Of a stretch of DNA of 64,000 bases, positions 54,605 to 64,000 are shown one piece after another. Source of the DNA: Klebsormidium nitens. Taxonomy: Eukaryota; Plantae; Klebsormidiophyceae. The DNA is taken from positions 40,516 to 104,515 of the forward strand of contig DF237263.1 of assembly GCA_000708835.1 (NCBI GenBank), given 5' to 3'. Position 1 is the stretch's first letter. The number at the start of each line of letters is the position of its first letter. The position numbers and the translations under genes are program-made. The notes below the pieces were generated by a model. That model worked only from the letters and a program-made list of their open reading frames with translations. It made no database searches and was not told the origin of the DNA.

Positions 54605-57600
54605 ATGGCGGCTCGGTTGCGCGAACGGCTTCTTTATTCTTCCGCCCTCTCCAGAGCGAGGTCGATCCAGACCCTTCTTGCCGCTACTTTCTCTACCAAG
54701 GCTGGCAGCCCCGTCAACCTGTCTCCGTCTGTGGACGTCGCAAAGAGTGGTGCAACTTCTGTGACGCCTGCGTTGGCAGCTTTAAGAGAGAGGCTGGCGT
54801 CTGAGGGCCCCAGCCTTGGAGAGTTTGTTGGGGGTAGCTACCCCTTGGGATACTCTGTTGAGGCGGTCCAGCCAAAGGAGAAGAAAAGGAAACCAGATTG
54901 GATGAAGAGGGTGATCCCAGGGGGGGAGAACTACACCAGGATCAAGTCAAAGCTGAGGGACCTAAACCTGCACACGGTCTGTGAGGAGGCAAAGTGTCCA
55001 AACATCGGCGAGTGCTGGGGGGGCGGCGAGCATGGGACGGCGACCGCTACTATAATGCTCTTGGGGGACACGTGCACGCGGGGTTGCAGGTCTGGTCTTG
55101 CTCGTAACCCTGGCTAATTGGGGAACTGTTGTGCGGTTTCTATGTATTCATGTGGGGCTGGCGCCAATTGGTGCTGGAGAAATTCCTTGAACTTTCAGCA
55201 ACTTGCACAAGTTTATAAGTCAGATGTTTTCAAAGGAGGACTAAACAAGACACGCGCTGGTTTGTAATGCTGACAGATAGATCCAGGATTTGTTTTCGTC
55301 TGTAGCCGCTCTGCCTTACAAGAGTGGGACGCTGTGCCGTGGCGACACTGACAAGACTCTGAAGAGAAGGCGGCAGCTTCAAGAATGTTAGAGTCAGGAC
55401 TGCACCACTCTGTCAATCAGGATCAGAGTGCAATATTGCCTTAATTCTCACATGACTTCTGTTCACCGTAAGTCATTGCAAGTAGAATACAGAAGTCAGA
55501 TCTTTTCTTTATCTGATAGGTTCTGTGCTGTAAAGACGTCCCGCACGCCCCCCCCGCCAGACCCAAACGAGCCAGAGAATGTCTCGAAAGCCATTGCAGA
55601 GTGGGGCCTGGACTATGTTGTTCTGACAAGCGTCGACCGCGATGACTTGTCGGACCATGGCAGCGCACACTTTGCAGAGACAATAACAAAGCTCAAGAGG
55701 CGAAAGCCTGGCATGTTGGTGGAGGCTCTCGGTGAGGCGCCAACTCACTTTTAGACTGAGCCACTCGTTGCACTTTTAGTATCTGTCCTGATACAGACTC
55801 CGATGTTTTTGTTATGCTCTCTGGTTGGCATCTGTGTTGCGTTTTTCAAGATTTCGACACCATGCCTTTCTATTCCCATTGAAAAGGTCTGAAACGCCAA
55901 CTTTGCTGTCCTGGTCCGCCAGCTGACGAAGACTAAATGAATGGTTCCGACAGAACACAGTTCCTGTTCCGATACTAGGTGCTGTTTCGAAGGAAGCTTT
56001 TTGAAGGCAGCATCTGCTTCTACTGATCCTCAAGTCCCGGGCGACAGGGTCTGTTCTGATAACGATCTCGTCGTCCACAATAGAGATTTGATCCACAGAT
56101 GTCCTCTTTGCTAGAACACCCTGCCTTTGACTCACAGGTTCTGCTTCTGATTGATTTCCTTGAACAGACTCTCTGTCTGATGTTCATTAAGACAGACTCC
56201 ATGCACCATGCTCCAGTTATGCTACTTCTGAATAGAATGAGTCCATCTCTGGAGAGCTCGCTTCCGCCATTCAATTTGTTGTCAACGAAGTCCTTGATTT
56301 TCAATAATCGCTGCAGTTCACTCTACCCCTTAGTCGCCCTCAGTTCCGCAAGCCAATGTTCATTTCAGAAGTCTCCAATCTTCAACTCAATCTGTTGCAG
56401 TCGGCGACTTCCGTGGCGACCCTGAGTGTGTGCGCCACGTCGCCACGAGCGGCCTCGAAGTGTCTACTCACAACCCCGATCTTGTACATCCACTTGTATC
56501 CTGAGCACAACCCCCGTTTCTTCGGAAAAGCTCAAACTCCCACTTTCATCTTTTGCAGTCGGCGACTTCCGTGGGGACCCCGAGTGCGTGCGCCGTGTCG
56601 CGACCAGCGGCCTCGACGTGTTTGCCCACAACATCGAAACCGTGCGCGATCTCCAGAGCACGGTTCGCGACCGGCGGGCCAACTTCGAGCAGTCGCTCTC
56701 GGTGCTACGGCTAGCCAAGCAGTATGCGCCGCGGGGCACATTAACGAAGACGTCGATCATGCTGGGTTGCGGGGAGACGCCGGAACAGGTAACTTTGTTT
56801 CCTCAGTAGAGTTCTCTTTCAATTTAGCCTGGCACTGGGAACAGGTGTCCGAGCGTTCAGTCTGCTTGGTTGGTGTTTGGTTGGTGCCGTTTGTGTGTCG
56901 TTTTCTGTGCAGTTGTATAGCTCCTGACTTCGGATATCCGTTGCCTTTCGTGTACCGAGTGGTGGAAGCTTTCGCCTCAGGCCGTCAGAGGATCGCACCG
57001 TGGACGATTTGCTTTAGTAATTTTTAAGGGAAAGACGAAGCGGGAAGAAGCATAATCATCCGGTGAGCTCTCCTTTTTCATATGACAGTCACCATCAAAA
57101 GCGCACTACTACTGGAGCGACTTGCGACGATCTGCAATGTCCGTCATCAGACTTAGTTCCGTTTCCGTTCCGTTGCAGGTGGAGGCGGCGATGAGGGACG
57201 TCCGGGCAGCCGGCGTGGACGTCATGACCTTCGGACAATATATGCGGCCCACGAAGCGGCATATGCCGGTCTCGGAGTACGTCACTCCGGAGGGTTTCGA
57301 GACCTGGCGTAAGCTCGGCGAGGACATGGTGAGGTCATCCTTCGTGTCTTTTTCACTCGTTTCGATCTCTTGTTGGGTAGGAGTTGTATTGGTTTGTCTC
57401 AAGTTTGCTGCCGTGTGTAGTCGCTGGGTGATTCTGTGCTTGGTTCTCTTCCTAGTATTCAAGAAAGCTGCGTCATAGAACGAGCTCGCGACTTTTTTTC
57501 GCCTTGTAATTGGCGCTCGAGAGCAGGCGAACTGCATATATAGGCCGTGAAGGCTTGGGGTTGGCAGGACCGTATTCTGAACCTAAACGACTGAAAGCCT

Positions 57601-57762
57601 AAGTACCTCGTTGAGATTATGATTCTTTGCCTGCAGGGATTCCGTTACGTCGCTGCTGGCCCGCTCGTCCGTTCTTCGTACAAGGCAGGGGAGTTCTATG
57701 TGAAGTCGATGATTGAGAGCGACAGGGCTGCTGGTGACGAGGATATAGCTGTTGCATTGTGA
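54605..57762 (+). CDS. LIP1: Lipoyl synthase, mitochondrial type (radical SAM), ~400 aa
   Basis: Exons 54605-55089, 55520-55731, 56559-56788, 57179-57328, 57637-57762 (1203 nt). [12 protein letters not shown] (CX4CX5C), CTRGCRFC (CX3CX2C), [28 protein letters not shown]. The Arg/Ser-rich N-terminus resembles a mitochondrial presequence. Confidence 0.96.
56401..56490 (+). repeat. Intronic copy of the acceptor and first ~29 codons of LIP1 exon 56559-56788
   Basis: ttgcag|tcggcgacttccgtggcgaccctgagtgtgtgcgc at 56395 vs ttgcag|tcggcgacttccgtggggaccccgagtgcgtgcgc at 56553. Confidence 0.93.
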
Positions 57763-58884
57763 CACTAGTGAGCTCGTTATGTCTTCTATACGAAGTAAAC
57801 GCAGTCATGACATCCTAAAGGTTATCTAGCGACCACGACAAGCCACAGTGGAGTCTGGCACTTGTGGAGCCGTGGTTATCTTACCCTTTTGATTGTTGGA
57901 TGTGTGTTGGGCAGGTTGTCGCATACGGCGCTCTGTGGTGCTCGTCCCATGCGATATGATTCAATGATTATGTTATAGCAGGATGATGCATCTGAACTTA
58001 GCCCTTCACTTCGAGAGGATGAATGATGGGTGCCCACGACGGTCTCCTAGAGGCCCAGCTGCAGAATACATTGCCCCTGCTGCATATTAGCGGCAAATTA
58101 AGTATCAGCCTGTATCGTACAGGCTGAAAATCCTCCAGGGCTCGGGTGAGCCAGGTAGCTGGCCACAGCCGCACTGAGTTGCCGCGCGGCGCCCTGGCGC
58201 ATGCGCAATGAAATTGTGCCAGAGAGAGCTCGCTGCGGCGGCCTGCATAATATGATATGGATTCCCCTTAACCCAAGAGCTAGCTAGATTTAGATGCATG
58301 AGGACTAACTTCCGATCGCCAAGCTACGATCATTGCAATCATATTACTGATGATAGCGGGATGATTAGTAGGCAAATAGCACTTAAGTGTGGTGACGTTA
58401 GCTACTAAGAATCTAGCTTAAGCAGACGATCCAATCGTCAATTTACCGTATGCTGCATGACAATCTGGCACGTCGCGTGAGCCAGCTTTGGTTTTAATAA
58501 ACTTGAGTGATCGAGTCGAGTAGCTTCAGTATGTGGATATGTGCATCCCGACTAACCCAACCAATCACCTGTTGGACTAGCTCGCAAGTCTAAAGAAACC
58601 CTGGTCGGGTATGTTTAAAACCTGTGCACGCTCAGAGCTCTACTAGGCTAGAACGTTGTTGTCCTCCTGTCAATGACACTGCAGTTGGCAGCCGCAACAG
58701 CGTTCCTGTCTCAGATCGACAATTGCTCCATGGTGTCTCATTCATCTTAAGCTGCGATACTATCGCCAATGTTGCCCTGACTTTCATGTAGAACCAAATC
58801 GACTCATATCCTTGCGAAAGCATATACTATTTTAGAGTTTTACTTACATGCTTTCACATGCTTGCACCTACAAGCTGGCATGGT

Positions 58885-60052
58885 TTAGCCTTGATACACC
58901 GACACTGTCACCATGTCTTTAACATAAGCTACATACTCAAGGGTATGTTCATACCGAGTGGTGACAAACTCTGGGCCCTCGACATATTCCAAATAGTCCG
59001 GCGCCCCAGGTACTAAAACATTGTCAGCAACAACTACAGCGCCCTTCGCTAAGAAACTTTCCCGCATAAGAGTCTTTAGATCTTTCAAGTAGACAGCTTT
59101 GTGATGATCAATGAAAACCATGTCAAAAGTTGGTGATCGGTTCTTCAAGTCCTGTAGAAAATAGCAGTTTGATCAGTCCACAGGATTTTGGCATCGCCAC
59201 CCTGATGCTTGGGCTTTGGTTTGACGATTCGCTTTCCTCAGTCCAGTAAGCCTTCCAGTACATAAGCTGCGCAATCTCACACAGCTCTCAGCGAGTCCAA
59301 CCGGCAGCTCTCTTCGCCGCCAACCTTTGAAGCCTGATTTGCAGGTGTACCACAATGGTGGGGTAAAATTGGAAGCTGCCACAGAGCGGCTTATGTATCT
59401 TCTTACATCATGCGAAGAAGAGGCATATAACGTTTCCAGAAACGCAGATTACCCAGGTCCTCCCAGAATCATAAGAACAGTTCATAGCAGCATGATAATT
59501 TTGAAACAAGTAACGTTAGGAGAGAAGGGGGAGAGCGAAACTGACCTCAACAACGTCATCTAGGGTCCCCACGAGGTGTTCAATCCGGTTGCTCAGTCCC
59601 GCGTGAGCAATCACCTGTTTCGCAATGTCCACATTTGCTGCCGTTATGTCAATAGAGTATAGCTTGGCCCCCGGGGGCAACCGGGACGCGATCCTGATGG
59701 CTGAGTACCCAAGATATGTCCCCAGTTCGAGAACTGAAAGCGGCCGGTGCTTCTCAACTACCTCGTCTAATACCTTGCCCTTGGTGTCTCCAATGTTCAT
59801 AAGCCACGCTTGCGACTGAGCAAAGTCGTCGATTGCAAACAATACGGACTCGGGGTTGTTGCCAGCTGTCGCCCTGACGTGAGCCAGCAAGGCACGCTCC
59901 CTGCTGTCGATTTGCCCCCTCGACTGATTGTTTTCGAAGAATTGGCTGAAGAAGAAGCGAGCCGCGCTGTACGTGTTTGGTGGAAGCGCATACAGGGCAG
60001 TACCAATGGCAATGGCCAGGACGCCCAGCAGAAACGAAACAAGGCGTGCCAT
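58885..60052 (-). CDS. COMT: Catechol O-methyltransferase, animal/fungal COMT type, with N-terminal hydrophobic anchor, ~257 aa
   Basis: Exons 59546-60052 and 58885-59151 (774 nt). WLMNIGDTKGKVLD, VLELGTYLGYSAIRIA, FDMVFIDHHKAVY, VADNVLVPGAPDYLEYV and TLEY align by eye with mammalian COMT (MNVGDKKG, LELGAYCGYSA, MVFLDHWKDRY, LADNVICPGAPDFL, FLEY). Confidence 0.9.
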
Positions 60053-60311
60053 TGGGCAACTTGTTCAATGCTTGGGCACTTCTAGTGCTAGGCCCGCTTT
60101 AAAGCCAACACCTTATCGACTTTCACTGAGCAATGTCATTGTCAACGCACCATAATGTGACCATGGCCTGGCATCGCCACTCCACTGCCAGCCTGCCTGC
60201 GGTGAAGGGGCGGTGAGTGAAGGCTGAAGCGTCCAATTTCTAGACTCAAGCTAGTGGACTGCTCGTTATTTGGACAAGAGGATTTTAGATTCATCGGACG
60301 GCTGACGTTCG

Positions 60312-63240
60312 ATGAACTTTAAGCTCATTCGACAGCAAACGCAAGACCTCGCCCCTTTTTTTCGGGGCCTCTTCGGAGGAGCTTTGGAGGCGCTAGGGCG
60401 CCCTGAAGTTTTCTCGTACAGTTTTTGGGCGGCATTGTCCCCATACAGACATGCAACCGAAGAGAAAGCACCCATGGGCTCACCTCAGCAGCAGCCGTCG
60501 GTGGAGAACCTCGGAGAAATTCTAGAGCCTTGGGGAGCCAGCGTTTCGCAGTTCAACTGAGTCAACATTCCTGCAGGCCTGCACAGGGACCAGATTTTCG
60601 GACCGCTGATTCTGGCTTTCATTGGACGCAGTCAGCGTGCATTGCGGTCTAGCAGAAGGACGTCCGGCTGGGTGCCTCGACAGAATTTCTTTGACCTCGT
60701 GCATGGCGAGAACAAGGCCAGCTTCCTGAACACAATAGCCTGGGCAGCTGAGCTCTACTATCGCACTGCGGGAATCAGGGCCTCCGACTTCCAGTTCCTC
60801 TTCCAGCTGGTCAAGTTCCTCGAAGACTACGCAGGAGTCCCCAAAGAGGCCACGCAAGATGCCAGGATAGAGATTAATCTCAGGGAAAAGTGCAAGAGGG
60901 AGGACAGCACCTGGGCGCAGTTCAACCGCACCTGCAGAGAGCACAACAAGATTGGCTTCTTTCACAAGCGCAGGCCAGACCTCAGAGCCCAAGGGGTTCC
61001 GCCGGAAGACGAGGAAGACGTGCTAGAGACTGAGTGGGCGGAATTCGAAGCCCAACAGGCAGCAGTGCGCGCGCGCTTCGTGCGGACAGGAGAGCATATC
61101 CCGGATCCGGTCTCCCCGCCTGGAGTGTCAGTTTAGGAAAAGGCTTACGCTCACGCCGTCGCGATTGGACTGCTGGCAGGGCAAGGTCGAAACTGGCTGG
61201 TCAGGTCCCAACTCTCTCAGTCTGGCTTCCCCAATAACTTTACGGACGAAGAGTTCTTTCGGCTGGCTGCTCAGGAGATCTTGGACACAAGTGCGCGCGC
61301 GAACGACTCGATCCAGATCGTCGTCCCAAAAGTCAGTGTCCTGTCAAGGGCAGAGAAGGCGGCCGTCAGATTGGTGAGGGATAGAGTTCTGAGCGGCAGG
61401 GAAATCTCCTGGCACGAGTTCGAGAGCAGGCAGCCTGCGTCGCGGTATCCTAACCGCCTCTCAAAGCCTCAGATCCTCGCCCGCGGCAGCGAAGCTCCCG
61501 TCGACGCAAGTTCCTGACCAGGAGATGACAGAGTGCGAGACGGACGACGAATCCGTCTATTTCTCCGCTTCAGAATAGTGAGCCATGTCGGGGTTTGGGG
61601 GCCAGGAAGGAGCGGAACGGCGGATTCTAGAGGAGTTAGTTAGGAAGGCGGGTCCGGAAAACCTAATTGGGCTGCGACTTTACGGAACGCTTACTCTTGA
61701 TGGAAGCAGGCTGTACGAAGTCCGGAGTTACGATCAGGAGTCGCAAAGGTTTCAAGTTAGAGACGTTCTTTCGGGGCGTGAGCCGACTGCAACGGGCTTT
61801 CTTCTCACGGAGTTTGAGATCGGGCTTGCAACGAGGAATCCAGATGACCCAATCCTGCAGCTGCTGGAGAACCACGGTTTACCGACGACGAGATTCGTGA
61901 GAAGGGGGCCGCCGGAAAATGCGGGACAACAGCAAAGTCGTCCGGAAGATCGTCAGAAGTCAGCCGGAAGGGATGGCGCGTCCGAAAGAGGCGACGGACG
62001 GGAAGCAGAGCGGAGAGATAACCCACCGCCGAGGTTTTCCGCGCCAGCTGTAGACGATCAGGGAGAACGGTCTGCTTTCATTCGAAAGTCAGAACTTAGC
62101 AGGCGGGAGTTTGAAGGCAGATCACCGGACAGAGAGCGCGCGGGAAGTTCGCGTCCTCGGGAGCGCGCGCCGAGTCCCCGGGGAAGCCGTCGCAGGGAGA
62201 GGCGAGCGCGCAGTCCCTCCTACTCTTCCTCCTCGTCGGACTCCCCGGTAGGGACCCGGAACAGGCGCCGCAGACCGGGCGCGAAGTAAGCGGAAGAAGA
62301 CGCCCCGCAGGCATTACGACACGTCTAGCGATTCAGCCAGTTCGGACGCCTGGGAGAAGTCGATCATTGTCCCGACGCGCGCTGGTGGCCCACGTGGAAG
62401 ACCTGATGCGGGACAGAAGAGCGAGCGGAATCCAAGCGGAACTGCGAAGGTTCCAAGCGGCGATCCCGCCGGAGAAGAGGGACCTCAACGCGCAGTTCGA
62501 CATGGCGGCAACGATTCAGTCGGCCCCAAGCACGTGGGGTCCGAGTCTCGCGCTGGCCATCTGCCTCGGAACGGTGCTCAAAGCCATCAACATGAGCCTG
62601 ACGTTCCTGGCAGACGCGATTTTCACCTTCGCGCGCCAAAAGTGCGAGGATGCGGGCCGAGACCTGACAGAGAAGAAGCAAGCCCGGATCGACTCGGAGA
62701 TCTGGGAGTTCTATCGCAAGCAGCGGGGAGAAGGCCCGAGAAGATGATGGCGAAAAGTGGAAGCGGAGCGACCGGGCAGAACCGGAACAGGTAAGTAGCC
62801 AAGATTCGGGTGACGTCATTCTGTGATACCTTTTCCACGGCTTTGAAAGCTGCCGTCCTGAGCCACTCTTGTAAGAAAAGCGCTCCATGTTTCTGTTGTT
62901 GAATCATGCAACATCCAGCATCTCCGCGCCTCGGAGCGGACTCCTAACTTCGAGGGTGCGCCTCGAAATTCGAGTTGCCCGAATGCGGGCGTGACGTCAG
63001 CAGGCAGAATGCTGCCGCATCAACCTGGAAAAGCTGGCAGAATGTTGCCGAGCTTCCTTTTTCCGTGAAAGAGGGGCAGCTGACCTCGATCTTTTGCAAT
63101 TCCCAGAAATTCTGGGGGAGGAGGGCGCAACGACCGCGGAGACCGGAACGACAGGGGACGTAACCGGGGGCGCCGCGGCCGCAGCCGCTCCCGCTCGCCA
63201 TCGGCGGATCGCCGGAGAGGCGGCGAGAGGTGATTTGCTC
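60312..63240 (+). mobile_element. Decayed intronless multi-ORF element, possibly the gag-like part of a retrotransposon; family unassigned
   Basis: No introns, unlike all host genes here. ORF1 frame runs 60312-61517 with only in-frame stops (60558-60560, 61134-61136); ORF2 61585-62289 ends in an Arg/Ser tract; ORF3 62367-62747; RG/RS-rich remnant near 63115-63230. No RT, integrase or recombinase motif seen in the window. Confidence 0.4.
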
Positions 63241-64000
63241 ACCTAAGAGCCAAGGCGACTATGCCTTCCGTCATAGTGAAGATGGAGAACGTAGGCGGAC
63301 TATCCAGAATGCTGGCATCCAGGGCTGATTAGAAAGTGATATGAACTTTCTGTACATAAGGCGAAAATGGGAAGGACCATTCTGAGCATTAACTGAAGTA
63401 GACAATCGAGGGCTGCTTGGCCGCCTTTAAAGGCAACTTAGATAAGTCTGATAGCGTATGGCGCCAATTGATCAGCTACAGAGCTGTCAGGAGGGAAAGC
63501 GGGGAAAAGCCTATTCGGCATGTGTACAGGATGTTCTCCTTTGGCCAATTTCGCTAAAGGAATGTATAGAACTGTTTTGCTTAGAAGCGCCGCGAGGCGA
63601 TCTTATTTGATGACGCGATTGTTGCGCGGGATCTCAATCCGGATCAGTCATGTTCATATAAACAAACGCAATCTGTCATCCGCCTCATTATGATGTTGAT
63701 TATCATAAAACTGCACTCCGGCTTAAGCGTAGCCGTGCTTCCATGCTTATAAAGGGAACGCTTTCACTAAAAGACAGCGGTAAGCGATGCGGGCCCAAAA
63801 GCGCCCAATGACTAACGATATTCATCATGCATTCCTACAAAAATAGGCCGAGACGCTCATCCATGCAACCGATGGCTTTAACCCGGACTACCCAAGTATC
63901 TGCACCGCATGAACCGAACGGCTCTGAATCCGAGCCTGAACCGGAGGATACTCTGGGCGGCCGCGCGTCGCCAAATGGGGGGATCCCCCAGGGAGCCGTC

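Overview
Intron-rich eukaryotic nuclear DNA, most likely from a flagellated streptophyte green alga (Klebsormidium-like). This is inferred from axonemal dynein, a plant RLK/Pelle kinase, plant-type NUDT23/VIH/CCDC93 and telo-boxes. Hand-spliced, phase-consistent gene models: 3' part of an inner-arm dynein heavy chain (+), YqjM-class old yellow enzyme (-), degenerate RLCK-type kinase (+), unknown 14-exon ~747 aa protein (+), NUDT23-like Nudix hydrolase (-), short plant-type CCDC93 (+), PPIP5K/VIP1 (-), mitochondrial lipoyl synthase (+) and an animal/fungal-type catechol O-methyltransferase (-). There is also an F-box pseudogene and a decayed intronless multi-ORF element at the right end. Main unexplained signal: introns of four unrelated genes carry tandem 'echo' copies of the adjacent exon-intron junction (14 copies, spaced ~100-200 bp). 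Several acceptor-side copies stay in frame and differ from the real exon mostly or only at synonymous positions, which neutral decay does not predict. Second window-wide signal: CpG is strongly depleted around gene 5' ends but abundant in distal gene bodies. No tRNA, rRNA or CRISPR array was supported. All coordinates and counts were done by hand; no database searches were run.
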